From positions 1-61,887 of the forward strand of contig JBHIAH010000008.1 of the NCBI GenBank assembly GCA_046758505.1: a DNA stretch of 61,887 nucleotides, in the 5' to 3' direction. Position numbers and translations under genes: made by a program. This DNA is from Candidatus Methylomirabilales bacterium. Its GTDB lineage: Bacteria; Methylomirabilota; Methylomirabilia; Methylomirabilales; CSP1-5. Under the pieces are notes generated by a model. That model searched no databases and was not told where the DNA came from. It worked only from the letters and a program-made list of their open reading frames with translations. Position 1 is the first letter of the stretch, and every line of letters begins with the position of its first letter. This document shows positions 10,763-20,711 of this stretch, in pieces.

Positions 10763-12004
10763 CTATTCGTCGTAACGGCGGAAGACCGTCGTGGCGTTGG
10801 TTCCCCCGAAGCCGAAGGAATTATTGAGGGCAACCCGGATCGCGCGTTCCCGCGCCTCGTTCGGCACATAGTCCAGGTCGCATTCGGGGTCAGGATGCTC
10901 GTAGTTGATGGTGGGGGGGAGAATCCCGTGCTTGAGGGACAAGATGGTGGCTGCGGCCTCAATCGCCCCGGCGGCTCCCAGCGTATGGCCAATCATGGAC
11001 TTGATGGAGCTGACACCCAACCGATATGCATGGTCGCCGAACACGTGCTTGATCGCCAGGGTCTCATTGGCATCGTTGTACGGGGTGGAGGTCCCGTGGG
11101 CATTGATATAATCTACCGCTTCCGGAGGAAGGTTGGCATCCCGAAGCGCCGCTTGCATGGATTGAACCGCCCCCTCCCCCTCGGGAGCCGGAGCGGTGAC
11201 ATGATGAGCATCCGCGCTCATCCCGTACCCGATCACCTCACCATAGATGGTTGCTCCGCGCGCCAAGGCGTGCTCCAACACCTCCAGGATAAGCACGGCC
11301 GCCCCCTCACCCATGACGAAGCCATCGCGCTCCTTGTCGAACGGACGACTGGCCCGCTGCGGTTCGTCGTTCCGCAAGGAGAGGGCCTTGCAGTTGGTAA
11401 ATCCGGCGACACATAGGGGGGATATCACCGCCTCCGTCCCTCCGGCCAACATAACGTCTGCTTCACCCCGCTGGATGAGGCGGACGGAATCCCCGATCGC
11501 GTGATTACCGGTGGCGCACGCCGTAGAGATGCAAGAATTCGGACCCTTGGCCCCCAGCTGCATCGAGATGCGCCCTGAGGCCATGTTGGGAATAATGCCG
11601 GGAATAAAGTACGGACTCACCCGATCGGGTCCCTTATCCAAAAGAATTCGGTGCTGTTCCACCAGCATCGGGATCCCACCCATACCCGTCCCGACCAGGA
11701 CGCCGACCCGATTCCGCATCCCATCGGTCACCTTCAGGTGGCCGTGCTCGGCTGCCATGATGGCTGCCACCAGGCCGTACTGGACAAAGGTGTCCATCTT
11801 GCGTGCTTCTTTTTTTTCAATCCACTGGAGCGGATCAAAACCCTTTACCTCTGCGGCGATCTGGCATCCGTGACCGGTCGGATCATACAGGGTGATCCGC
11901 CCCACCCCTGAGGTGCCACTCAAGATGGCTTTCCAAAAGAGATCAGCCCCAATCCCGACGGGGGAGACAACCCCCAACCCCGTCACCACGACACGCCTCA
12001 TCAC
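10763..12004 (-). CDS. fabF: 3-oxoacyl-ACP synthase II
   Basis: RRVVVTGLG, TACATG, NAHGTST, KSMIGHTLGAAG, NSFGFGG. Confidence 0.97.
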   Translation of the reverse strand: MMRRVVVTGLGVVSPVGIGADLFWKAILSGTSGVGRITLYDPTGHGCQIAAEVKGFDPLQWIEKKEARKMDTFVQYGLVAAIMAAEHGHLKVTDGMRNRVGVLVGTGMGGIPMLVEQHRILLDKGPDRVSPYFIPGIIPNMASGRISMQLGAKGPNSCISTACATGNHAIGDSVRLIQRGEADVMLAGGTEAVISPLCVAGFTNCKALSLRNDEPQRASRPFDKERDGFVMGEGAAVLILEVLEHALARGATIYGEVIGYGMSADAHHVTAPAPEGEGAVQSMQAALRDANLPPEAVDYINAHGTSTPYNDANETLAIKHVFGDHAYRLGVSSIKSMIGHTLGAAGAIEAAATILSLKHGILPPTINYEHPDPECDLDYVPNEARERAIRVALNNSFGFGGTNATTVFRRYDE

Positions 12005-12036
12005 ATCTCTCCGCGAGCTGGGCGCCTTCCCTCAGC

Positions 12037-12279
12037 TCAGGTACGGTCCGTAATATACTGTACGGCGTCTTTCACGTGGACGATCTTCTCCGCATCCTCA
12101 TCCGGGATCTCAATCCCGAATTCCTCCTCAAGAACCATAATCAACTCCACGGTATCCAGGGAGTCAGCCCCCAGGTCCTCGACGAAAGAGGCATCAGGGG
12201 TCACCTCTGCCTCATCCACCCCAAGCTGCTCTACGATAATCTTTTTCACCTTCTCGGTGACATCCACGGTCCCGCTCAC
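12037..12279 (-). CDS. acpP: acyl carrier protein
   Basis: [14 protein letters not shown] phosphopantetheine site; position in fab operon. Confidence 0.97.
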   Translation of the reverse strand: MSGTVDVTEKVKKIIVEQLGVDEAEVTPDASFVEDLGADSLDTVELIMVLEEEFGIEIPDEDAEKIVHVKDAVQYITDRT

Positions 12280-12298
12280 CTCCTCACCTCCTCACCTC
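12275..12298 (-). repeat. 3x tandem GAGGTGAG octamer spanning the acpP ribosome binding site and start
   Basis: CTCACCTC at 12275, 12283, 12291 on the + strand. Confidence 0.8.
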
Positions 12299-12324
12299 CA
12301 GTCAAAATGAGCCTCGCATGCGCG

Positions 12325-13065
12325 TCACATCCGTATGCCCCCATTGATATGGATGACCTGGCCCGTGATGTAGGCCGCTCGATCCGAGGCAAGAAAAACC
12401 ACTAGCTCCGCTACCTCCTCTGGTTTTCCAAATCGCCCCAGCGGAATCTGCGAGCGCATCCGCTCCTGAAGTCCCGGATCCAAGGATCGCGTCATATCCG
12501 TTTCCACAAATCCCGGGGCCACCGCGTTGACCGTAATGCCCCGGGAGGCCACCTCCTTGGCGGTGGCCTTGGTCAGACCGATGATCCCAGCCTTGGCGGC
12601 CGCGTAGTTTGCCTGCCCGGGATTTCCCATGACCCCCACCACCGAGGTGAGATTGATGATGCGTCCCTCCCGCTGTTTGAGCATGGGTCGCAGGCCCGCC
12701 CGCGTACAGTGAAACGCGCCCCTCAGATTCGTACTCAGCACCGCTTCCCACTCTTCATCCTTCATCCGAAGCACGAGATTGTCCTGGGTGATCCCCGCAT
12801 TATTCACCAGGATGCTGATCGACCCAAACCGCTCGAGACAGGCCTCAATCATCTGCTCGACCTCCGAGGCCTGGGTTACATCGGCCTTGACCGCCAACAC
12901 CTCGCCCCCCGACGCACCCAGGTCTGCCGCGGCCTTCTCCAGCGAGATCCGGTCCCGACCACAGAGGGTAACCGCCGCTCCCTCCCGGATCAACGCGACG
13001 CTGATCGCCCGGCCGATCCCGCGCGATCCTCCCGTGACAATAGCTACCTTCCCGTGCAGGGTCAT
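12325..13065 (-). CDS. fabG: 3-oxoacyl-ACP reductase
   Basis: TGGSRGIG, VNNAG, YAAAK SDR motifs. Confidence 0.96.
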   Translation of the reverse strand: MTLHGKVAIVTGGSRGIGRAISVALIREGAAVTLCGRDRISLEKAAADLGASGGEVLAVKADVTQASEVEQMIEACLERFGSISILVNNAGITQDNLVLRMKDEEWEAVLSTNLRGAFHCTRAGLRPMLKQREGRIINLTSVVGVMGNPGQANYAAAKAGIIGLTKATAKEVASRGITVNAVAPGFVETDMTRSLDPGLQERMRSQIPLGRFGKPEEVAELVVFLASDRAAYITGQVIHINGGIRM

Positions 13066-14003
13066 GACTGTGCTGTTGCCGTCAGGGTCTCATCCAAGCT
13101 CTTCCGGTCCTCGATGTGGTACACCCGTACGCTCCCATCGATCCGCTTGATGAGACCCGAGAGCACCTTTCCCGGACCCACCTCAATAAAAGTCTCTACC
13201 CCTTCCCGGATCAGGCGCTGGATGACCTCGACCCAGCGTACCGGATGATCAAGCTGCTCGATCAGGCTCTGCATCACCGCCGGGGCGCTCCGTTTCGGCT
13301 CCCCATCGCGGCTGGCAATAAATGGGATGCCCGGAGCATGAATATCGAGGCTGCCCAGGACGGTCGCAAATTCCTTCGCAATGGGCCGCATGAGGCTCGA
13401 GTGAAACGGGGCACTCACGGTGAGCGGCTGGACCCGTTTCGCCCCCCTGGCCCGCGCGGCCGCGGCCGCCCGATTCACCGCGGCGGTATGCCCCGCAATC
13501 ACGGTCTGCATCGGTGCATTCAGATTCGCCACCTCTACCACTTCACCCCCGGCCACCTCCCGGCATATGGCTTCTGTTACATCGGGCCCGAGACCAATGA
13601 TGGCCGCCATCGCGCCGTCACCCACGGCGACCGCTCCCTGCATCAGTTCCCCTCGACGCCGAACCGCCCAAAGGGCATCCGGATACGCGAGGGACCCGGC
13701 GGCCACCAGGGCCGAATATTCCCCCAGGCTATGACCAGCCACCCAGTCTGGGCGGATCCCATGGTCCAGCACAACGGCCCACGCCATGATGCTCACCGCC
13801 AGCACCGCCGGCTGCGTGTTCGCCGTCAGGCTGAGCGTCTCCTCTGGCCCGCGCAAGCACAACTCCTCCAGACCCATCCCGAGGACTTCACTTCCCTTCG
13901 CCATCAGGGCTTGGGCTGCGGGAAATCCCTCCACCAGCTCCCGGCCCATGCCGACATTTTGCGATCCCTGTCCTGGGAAAACGAATGCAGTTTTTCCCGC
14001 CAT
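13062..14003 (-). CDS. fabD: malonyl-CoA:ACP transacylase
   Basis: FPGQGSQ, GHSLGEY, SAPFHS; ATG at 14003. Confidence 0.96.
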   Translation of the reverse strand: MAGKTAFVFPGQGSQNVGMGRELVEGFPAAQALMAKGSEVLGMGLEELCLRGPEETLSLTANTQPAVLAVSIMAWAVVLDHGIRPDWVAGHSLGEYSALVAAGSLAYPDALWAVRRRGELMQGAVAVGDGAMAAIIGLGPDVTEAICREVAGGEVVEVANLNAPMQTVIAGHTAAVNRAAAAARARGAKRVQPLTVSAPFHSSLMRPIAKEFATVLGSLDIHAPGIPFIASRDGEPKRSAPAVMQSLIEQLDHPVRWVEVIQRLIREGVETFIEVGPGKVLSGLIKRIDGSVRVYHIEDRKSLDETLTATAQS

Positions 14004-14064
14004 CGATCCCGGCCCGCGGTGAGCGCTGGGTCCCCCTTCCCGCTCGTGCGCCGACGGGGCCCGT

Positions 14065-15048
14065 TCACCACCGGACCGCCGCCGACCCCCAGGTGAGACC
14101 TCCTCCAAAGGCCACGAGAAGGACAAGGTCTCCTTCGTGAACTTTCCCCAAGCGGACCGCTTCATCCAGGGCTAACGGGACGGAAGCGGCCGACGTATTC
14201 CCGTGCCGAGCGATATTCGTGATGACTTTTTCGGGTGGAAGAGACAGACGATGGGCAAGCGCCTGAAGGATCCGAGCATTGGCTTGGTGGGGAACAACCA
14301 CATCCACGTCGGGAATCTCGAGATGGTTGTGTTTGAGGGCCGCCATGCAGGCATCCTCCATGGCCCGGACCGCGATCCGAAAGACTTCATTCCCGTTCAG
14401 CATCTTGATCTTGTTCAGACGTTGTTCGAGGACCTCAGATGTGACGGGGCACCGGGATCCTCCCCCGGGCGTCATGAGGAGCTCCCACTGCGATCCGTCC
14501 GAGTAGAGGTGGGTCGAAAGAATCCCGCGCTCTCCCCGCTGCCCCTGCAGGACGGCCGCCCCTGCCCCATCGCCAAACAGAACGCACGTGTTCCGGTCGT
14601 TCCAATCAATCAACATGGACAGGGTTTCCGATCCCACCAGAAGAATGGTCCGATACGTCCCGGTCCGGATAAAGTTGTCGGCCACCGCGAGCCCGTAGAG
14701 GAATCCCGAACACGCAGCAGAAATGTCCAACGCCGCCGCTCGTCGGGCATGCAGGCTATCTTGGAGCAGACACGCCGTGGCCGGGAAGGGCAACGCGGGG
14801 GTGATGGTGGCCACCAGGATGAGGTCAAGATCCATGGGATCCAGCGCGGCCGCCGCCAAAGCCTGGAGTGCCGCTGTCTCCGCCAGCGAGGCACTATCCT
14901 CCCCCGCACTGCAGACTCGCCGCTCCAAGATCCCGGTCCGGGTCGTTACCCACTCATCGCTGGTGTCAACCAACTGCTCGAGGTCCGCGTTGCGCAGAAT
15001 ACGCGATGGCACCGCCGACCCCGTGCCGATAATCCGGCTCCGCTCCAT
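14065..15048 (-). CDS. fabH: 3-oxoacyl-ACP synthase III
   Basis: AACSGF, PHQAN, GNTSAAS, FGGGLTWG. Confidence 0.96.
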   Translation of the reverse strand: MERSRIIGTGSAVPSRILRNADLEQLVDTSDEWVTTRTGILERRVCSAGEDSASLAETAALQALAAAALDPMDLDLILVATITPALPFPATACLLQDSLHARRAAALDISAACSGFLYGLAVADNFIRTGTYRTILLVGSETLSMLIDWNDRNTCVLFGDGAGAAVLQGQRGERGILSTHLYSDGSQWELLMTPGGGSRCPVTSEVLEQRLNKIKMLNGNEVFRIAVRAMEDACMAALKHNHLEIPDVDVVVPHQANARILQALAHRLSLPPEKVITNIARHGNTSAASVPLALDEAVRLGKVHEGDLVLLVAFGGGLTWGSAAVRW

Positions 15049-15057
15049 AACTCCCCC

Positions 15058-16089
15058 TTAGCTCTGGGCGACCCCTTCCCGGATGCTCTCGATGACGCGA
15101 TTCTTGACGCACTCCCCTGCGACCCGGATTCCGTTCTTGATCGCCTTTGCCGTGGATCGCCCGTGGCCGATAACAACCACCCCGCTTACACCCAAGAGCG
15201 GGGCACCACCGTACTCCGTGTAGTCGATCCGTCGCTGGAACCGCTTCAGGGATCCGCGTAGAAACAACAGCCCTGCCTTTCCGGCAGGGCCACGGCTCAG
15301 CCCCTCCTTGAAGAGGGTGAGCATCATCCACGCCGTGCTCTCGGCCATCTTGAGCGCGACATTGCCGGTAAAGCCGTCGCAGACCACCACATCGGCCTTC
15401 CCGTTAAATACATCCACCCCCTCCACATTCCCGATAAAATCCACACCGGGCACATCTTCCAAGGCGCGAAAGGCCTCCTTGGTCAACTCGTTGCCCTTGG
15501 TCTCTTCCTCTCCGATGCTCAGGAGGCCGACCCGCGGCTTCGCGTTTCCCAAAATCTTCCGGGCATAGACGGTTCCCATGATGGCAAATTGGACAAGGTG
15601 CCGAGGCTTACAGTCTACGTTCGCTCCCACATCAAGGAGGATGGCGTACCCGGCCAGCGTGGGGAGCTGCGCCGCAATGGCGGGCCGCTCCACCCCCGCC
15701 AGCGGGCCGAGGATGACCAAGCCGGTGGCCATGACCGCCCCGGTATTTCCCGCACTGACCATGGCCTCTGCCTCTCCCTCCCTGACCAGGTCTACGGCCA
15801 CCCGGATCGATGAATCCTTTTTTTTCCGCAGCACTACCGAGGGGGATTCGCGCATCTCCACGACCTCGGGAGCATGACGAATGCGGATATCCAGGCCCCG
15901 CGTGTCAAATCTCGAAAGTTCTTGGACGATCTCGTCCTCGATCCCGACGAGGACGACGGACAGCCCCAACTCCCGCGTCGCCGCCACCGCCCCCTCCACG
16001 GTGACAGCCACTCCGCCATCCCCCCCCATGGCATCGAGCGCCACGGTCACACGACTGCGATGCGACACCCAAAACGGTGTAGTATCCAT
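15058..16089 (-). CDS. plsX: phosphate acyltransferase PlsX
   Basis: ALDAMGGD, SAGNTGA, DVGAN, CDGFTGN, GHGRS. Confidence 0.96.
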   Translation of the reverse strand: MDTTPFWVSHRSRVTVALDAMGGDGGVAVTVEGAVAATRELGLSVVLVGIEDEIVQELSRFDTRGLDIRIRHAPEVVEMRESPSVVLRKKKDSSIRVAVDLVREGEAEAMVSAGNTGAVMATGLVILGPLAGVERPAIAAQLPTLAGYAILLDVGANVDCKPRHLVQFAIMGTVYARKILGNAKPRVGLLSIGEEETKGNELTKEAFRALEDVPGVDFIGNVEGVDVFNGKADVVVCDGFTGNVALKMAESTAWMMLTLFKEGLSRGPAGKAGLLFLRGSLKRFQRRIDYTEYGGAPLLGVSGVVVIGHGRSTAKAIKNGIRVAGECVKNRVIESIREGVAQS

Positions 16090-16124
16090 GCCGGCTTGTC
16101 ATCCGGGAAGCTGATGCTCCCCTG

Positions 16125-16307
16125 CTACGCCTCTTCCCGCTTGACCACCTCGCGGCCCCGGTAGTAACCACAACCAGGACAGACCCGATGCGGCAGCATA
16201 GGCTCCCGACAACGAGGGCAGATTGACAGCGCAGGGAGTGAGAGGGAGTCGTGCGTCCTCCGTTTCCTCGTCCGCGCGTTGGAATGACGACGCTTGGGAA
16301 GCCCCAC
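16125..16307 (-). CDS. rpmF: 50S ribosomal protein L32
   Basis: PKRRHS..R..KRR, CxxC...CxxC; SD GGAGGTG favours GTG at 16307. Confidence 0.95.
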   Translation of the reverse strand: MGLPKRRHSNARTRKRRTHDSLSLPALSICPRCREPMLPHRVCPGCGYYRGREVVKREEA

Positions 16308-16322
16308 GATCTTCACCTCCGC

Positions 16323-16835
16323 CTACAATAAGGACTCCAGCTTCTTCCATCGAGGATCACAACCCGTGGAGGAGCACAGACAGGTCCCCCGATTCAGGTT
16401 GATCCCGCATTGGGGACAGAGTCCGCGACACCCTTCGTGACAGAGCGGCTGCACCGGCAGCGCGAGCAGGACGTTCTCGCGGACGAGTCCCGCGACGCTG
16501 ATCTTTGCCCCGTCGAGAAAGTTCACATCGAGCTCGTCGCGTCCCAGTTCGTGCTCTTCCTCTACGCGCCCTCCCAGGGGATCACGATATCGCACCTCAA
16601 ACCCCTCACACATTGCAAGCGTAAACACCTCAAAACACCGACTGCAATGGAGCCGGAGGTCAGAGGAAACCTGCCCCCGCACCCAGACCCCACTTGGAGT
16701 CCGGCAGAAATGAAGGGTGGCCTCAATCGGCCGGAGAAGCGAAACTCTCTCCCCGGAAGGATCCGGAAAATCCTCGGCCTCGCGAAAGTGAATATCCAGA
16801 CCCTCGTCAGGGATCTGGGTGATGTCAACGAACAT
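16323..16835 (-). CDS. yceD: DUF177/YceD family protein
   Basis: CSRC and PLCHEGCRGLCPQCG motifs, DPRW; canonical position before rpmF. Confidence 0.9.
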   Translation of the reverse strand: MFVDITQIPDEGLDIHFREAEDFPDPSGERVSLLRPIEATLHFCRTPSGVWVRGQVSSDLRLHCSRCFEVFTLAMCEGFEVRYRDPLGGRVEEEHELGRDELDVNFLDGAKISVAGLVRENVLLALPVQPLCHEGCRGLCPQCGINLNRGTCLCSSTGCDPRWKKLESLL

Positions 16836-16862
16836 TCAACTTCACCCCATAAAAGTTGGCGA

Positions 16863-16891
16863 ATTATACTGAGGGGACCTAGGCATGTCAA
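16863..16891 (-). promoter_or_regulatory. consensus sigma70 promoter for the yceD-rpmF-plsX-fab operon
   Basis: minus strand TTGACA(16891-16886)-N17-TATAAT(16868-16863), perfect consensus. Confidence 0.85.
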
Positions 16892-16956
16892 GTGAAAAAC
16901 CGGGCGAATGCATGGATAAGTCCGCGACGGGACAGCATTCCTGCCCCCGAAGCCCC

Positions 16957-17415
16957 TCAGACCTTCTCACCCCGACCGTCGGTAGGATTCACGCGGGCGT
17001 ACTCGAACGTCTCAAATCCCGCAAAAAAGTACGGGACCTCATACGCCGCCGACTCCGGCGAGTCGGACCCGTGGACTGCATTCCGTTCAATGCTGGTGCC
17101 GACATCCCGCCGAATGCTTCCGGGAGACGCTTGGGCCGGATCCGTAGGCCCCATGATGGCGCGCACGGTCGAAATGGCCGCCTCCCCCTCGAAGACTATC
17201 ACCACCGAAGGCCCCGAGCTCATAAAGACAGTCAGGCTTTCGAAAAAGGAACGTTTCCGATGGACACGATAAAACTGTTCCGCCTCCTGCTTGCTCAGGT
17301 GGACCATTTTGAGGCCGCAGATGCGAAGCCCCGCCTCTTCGAATCGGCGGATGATCTCCCCGGTTTTCCCCCGGGTGACCGCGTCCGGTTTCACAATGGC
17401 CAACGTGCGCTCCAT
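16957..17415 (-). CDS. ndk: nucleoside diphosphate kinase
   Basis: MERTLAIVKPDA, NAVHGSDS; ATG at 17415. Confidence 0.96.
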   Translation of the reverse strand: MERTLAIVKPDAVTRGKTGEIIRRFEEAGLRICGLKMVHLSKQEAEQFYRVHRKRSFFESLTVFMSSGPSVVIVFEGEAAISTVRAIMGPTDPAQASPGSIRRDVGTSIERNAVHGSDSPESAAYEVPYFFAGFETFEYARVNPTDGRGEKV

Positions 17416-17438
17416 GCCTTCCCCCCGTCCTGAAGCAA

Positions 17439-17553
17439 AGGCCACCTGGGACGCAGGTGGCCTCCATCTGAAGCGCCGTAACCCTTACGGCGCAGCTCTC
17501 CGATATGCTGTTCCCGCCTCGTCCTTCGATTTACAAATACGGCATCGAAGGAC
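17439..17553. repeat. three perfect hairpins in the sucD-ndk intergenic region
   Basis: AGGCCACCTG/CAGGTGGCCT (17439-17463), GCGCCGTAA/TTACGGCGC (17473-17493), GTCCTTCGAT/ATCGAAGGAC (17521-17553). Confidence 0.75.
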
Positions 17554-18428
17554 TAGCCACCCCGCGTGGCGCTCTCGACCATCACCCCCATCTCGGCCGG
17601 GGACCGGCAGACGCGGATCCCTGCTGCTTCCATGGCCTTTACCTTCTCTGCCGCCGTTCCCTTCCCCCCCGCGATGATCGCGCCGGCATGTCCCATCCGC
17701 CGGCCTGGCGGGGCCGTCATGCCCGCCACATATCCGATCACCGGCTTCTCCAGGTGCGCCCCGACGAAGGCCGCGGCCTCCTCTTCGGCCGTCCCGCCGA
17801 TTTCCCCGATGAGCATGATAGCCTTCGTCTCGGAATCGTCGCCAAAGAGGCGGAGCACGTCCACGAAGTTCATCCCATTCACCGGATCCCCTCCGATGCC
17901 GAGGCAGGTGGACTGACCGATCCCCCGTTGCGTAAGCTGGTGGACGACCTCGTACGTCAGGGTCCCACTCCGCGACACCACGCCGACGGCACCCGCCTTG
18001 TGGATGTGGCCCGGCATAATGCCGACCTTGGCCTGCCCGGGGGTGATCACGCCGGGGCAATTCGGTCCGATCAGCCGACTGCGGCTCGAGGCGAGAAACT
18101 GCCTTGCTCGCACCATGTCGGTGACGGGAATGCCCTCGGTAATGCAGACGATGACGGGGACATCGGCGGCAGCCGCCTCCATGATGGCGTCTGCGGCGGC
18201 GGGCGGGGGTACAAAGATCAGGGTACAATTCGCCCCTTCATGTTCGACCGCCTCGACGACCGTATTCCACACCGGGAAACCATCATGGGTCGAACCCCCC
18301 TTGCCCGGGGTGACACCCCCAACGACGGTCGTGCCGTACTCCTTGCATCGCGCCGCGTGGAACGCCCCCTCGCGCCCGGTGATTCCTTGGACGACGACCC
18401 GCGTATGCTTGTCGACCAGAATACTCAT
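17553..18428 (-). CDS. sucD: succinyl-CoA synthetase alpha subunit
   Basis: [28 protein letters not shown]. Confidence 0.97.
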   Translation of the reverse strand: MSILVDKHTRVVVQGITGREGAFHAARCKEYGTTVVGGVTPGKGGSTHDGFPVWNTVVEAVEHEGANCTLIFVPPPAAADAIMEAAAADVPVIVCITEGIPVTDMVRARQFLASSRSRLIGPNCPGVITPGQAKVGIMPGHIHKAGAVGVVSRSGTLTYEVVHQLTQRGIGQSTCLGIGGDPVNGMNFVDVLRLFGDDSETKAIMLIGEIGGTAEEEAAAFVGAHLEKPVIGYVAGMTAPPGRRMGHAGAIIAGGKGTAAEKVKAMEAAGIRVCRSPAEMGVMVESATRGG

Positions 18429-18445
18429 GCTTCGCTTCGCTCTCC

Positions 18446-18567
18446 GTTCACAGTTCTCGGTTCACAGTTCACGATGCACTGCAGAAAAACAAATCGTCAA
18501 TAGAAAATGATCATTCGTTGGCATTTGAAGTTTCACCAATGACGATTCACGATTGACCATTGACGAC
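18446..18567. repeat. 7-nt periodic array plus 76-bp conserved core (copy 1)
   Basis: GTTC at 18446, 18453, 18460, 18467; 18492-18567 matches 59064-59139 at 67 of 76 positions by manual alignment. Confidence 0.85.
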
Positions 18568-18592
18568 ATTCGTGTCGGTCATGGAAAAACCG

Positions 18593-19762
18593 TCATCGGC
18601 CTGTGCTTTCCGCAAGCTGCACGGCCTTCCGCGCCCCATCGGCCATGTCCTCTGCCGTCCTGAGGGCAAGCCCCGACTCCGCCAGCATCTGCTTGCCCAA
18701 CTCAACGTTCGTGCCCTCCATGCGCACTACAACGGGGAGTCGGAGCCCGAGCGTCTTCACCGCCGCGATGACCCCCTCAGCCAGACGGTCGCACCGGAGA
18801 ATGCCGCCGAAGATATTGATGAACACCGCCTTCACGCTCGGGTCAGACGACAGGATGCGAAATGCGTTCTCGATCTGCTCGGGAGAAGCCCCGCCGCCGA
18901 CGTCCAGGAAGTTCGCCGGCTCCCCGCCGGCCAGCTTGATGATGTCCATCGTGGCCATGGCGAGCCCCGCGCCGTTCACCATACAGCCGACGTTGCCGTG
19001 GAGCTTAATGTAGTTGAGGTTGAAACTGGACGCCTCCACATCGAGGGGATCCTCCTCGTTGAGGTCCCGCAGGGTCCGGATCTCCGGATGGCGGTAGAGC
19101 GCGTTGTCGTCGAAGTTCAACTTGGCATCCAGCGCCAGGAGGCGCCCCCCCGTGGTCACCACCAGCGGATTAATCTCGGCCAGCGAGCAGTCCTTCGCGA
19201 GATAACACTGGTAGAGGTTCACGATCGTCGCAACACCAACCTTGAACACGTCGCCCGAGAGCCCGAGTCCGAGCGCCAGGGACCGGGCCTGGAAGGCCTG
19301 AAGCCCGAGCGCGGGGTGTGCCCACGCGCGATAGATCTTTTCGGGAGATTTCGCCGCCACCTCCTCGATCTCCATGCCGCCGGCCTCGGACGCCATGACC
19401 ACCGGCGACGCCCGGGCCCGGTCTAGCGTCACCGAGAGGTAGAGTTCCTGCCGGATGGGAGACGCTTCCTCCACCAGGACGCGTTTCACCTCGATCCCCT
19501 CCGGCGGCGTCTGCGGCGTCTTGAGGCGCATCCCCAGGATGGCGCGGGCCGCGGCCTCTGCCCCGGCTGGATCGTCCGCGAGCTTTATTCCGCCTCCCTT
19601 TCCGCGTCCCCCGGCATGGATCTGCGCCTTCACCACCACGGTGCCACCGAGGCGCGCCGACACCTCCCCGGCATCGGAGGCTGTCGTTACGACTTCTCCC
19701 TTGGGAATGGGAATGCCGTACGACGCGAGAATCTGCTTCGCCTGATACTCGTGAATTTTCAC
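18593..19762 (-). CDS. sucC: succinyl-CoA synthetase beta subunit
   Basis: KIHEYQAK, KAQIHAGGRGKGGG, NGAGLAMATMD, NIFGGI. Confidence 0.97.
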   Translation of the reverse strand: MKIHEYQAKQILASYGIPIPKGEVVTTASDAGEVSARLGGTVVVKAQIHAGGRGKGGGIKLADDPAGAEAAARAILGMRLKTPQTPPEGIEVKRVLVEEASPIRQELYLSVTLDRARASPVVMASEAGGMEIEEVAAKSPEKIYRAWAHPALGLQAFQARSLALGLGLSGDVFKVGVATIVNLYQCYLAKDCSLAEINPLVVTTGGRLLALDAKLNFDDNALYRHPEIRTLRDLNEEDPLDVEASSFNLNYIKLHGNVGCMVNGAGLAMATMDIIKLAGGEPANFLDVGGGASPEQIENAFRILSSDPSVKAVFINIFGGILRCDRLAEGVIAAVKTLGLRLPVVVRMEGTNVELGKQMLAESGLALRTAEDMADGARKAVQLAESTGR

Positions 19763-19775
19763 GCGTCCCTCAAGG

Positions 19776-19822
19776 ATTCAGGGTTCATAGAAAATCGCCT
19801 CCGCCTATCCTGAACCATGAAC
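19776..19822. repeat. short 7-nt periodic inverted array (TTCA...TGAAC)
   Basis: ATTCA 19776, GTTCA 19783; TGAAC 19811, 19818. Confidence 0.55.
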
Positions 19823-19931
19823 GCCGTACACTCCTCGAGGGGTCTTCTTCTCCCGAGCAATGTTCGGGGGCGGGATCGCTTGAGGCCGGGCGATCTCATG
19901 GGCCATCACTCTCTGTTCGTTCCAGCGCGAT

Positions 19932-20711
19932 TCACTCTTCAAAGGGGTGCCCGATGGCTGCCGTGATTCGGCGCGAGAACTTGGCCGTCAAGTAATCCCG
20001 GTTCATGCGCGCGATGAAGTCGATGGGGATCCCCTTCGGACAGACGGCTTCGCACTCGCCGTAATTGGTACAGCTGCCAAACATCTCCTGCTGCATTGTC
20101 GCCACCATTCTCTCGACGCGGTGCCAACGTTCAGGTTGTCCTTGCGGCAGCAGTCCGAGGTGGGAAACCTTCGCCCCGGTAAAAAGCTGCGCGGCCCCGT
20201 TCGGACACTGCGCCACACAGGCCCCGCACCCGATGCAGGCGGCCGCATCAAAGGCTAGATCGGCGACCTCCTTCGGGACGAGGATCTCGTTGGCCTCGGA
20301 ACCGCTGCCTGTGTCAACGGAAATGAAGCCACCGGCCTGGATGATCCGGTCGAAGGCGCTCCGGTCGACCATCAGGTCCTTGATCACAGGAAAGGCGCGC
20401 GCCCGCCACGGTTCGATCGTGATGGTCTCGCCGTCTGTGAAATGCCGCATGTGGAGCTGGCAGGTGGTCGTGCCGGCCATCGGTCCGTGCGCCCTTCCGT
20501 TGATCATCATGCCGCAAGATCCGCAGATGCCTTCGCGGCAATCGTGATCGAATGCGATGGGCTCTTCGCCCTTCTCAATCAGCCGTTCGTTAACCAAATC
20601 GAGCATGTCCAGGAACGAGATGTCGGGACTGATGCCAGTAGCCTCATACTTGACCATCCGCCCCTGGGCATCCGACTGCGCCTGGCGCCAGACATATAGC
20701 CTGAAATTCAC
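19932..20711 (-). CDS. sdhB: succinate dehydrogenase/fumarate reductase iron-sulfur subunit
   Basis: [33 protein letters not shown]. Confidence 0.95.
   Translation of the reverse strand: MNFRLYVWRQAQSDAQGRMVKYEATGISPDISFLDMLDLVNERLIEKGEEPIAFDHDCREGICGSCGMMINGRAHGPMAGTTTCQLHMRHFTDGETITIEPWRARAFPVIKDLMVDRSAFDRIIQAGGFISVDTGSGSEANEILVPKEVADLAFDAAACIGCGACVAQCPNGAAQLFTGAKVSHLGLLPQGQPERWHRVERMVATMQQEMFGSCTNYGECEAVCPKGIPIDFIARMNRDYLTAKFSRRITAAIGHPFEE

Noticed and set aside
12794..12807. 14-bp match (CCCGCATTATTCAC) to the terminal repeat of the 51-bp element
   Set aside because: It encodes the conserved VNNAG motif of FabG, has no partner repeat and no CTAG end; likely coincidental.
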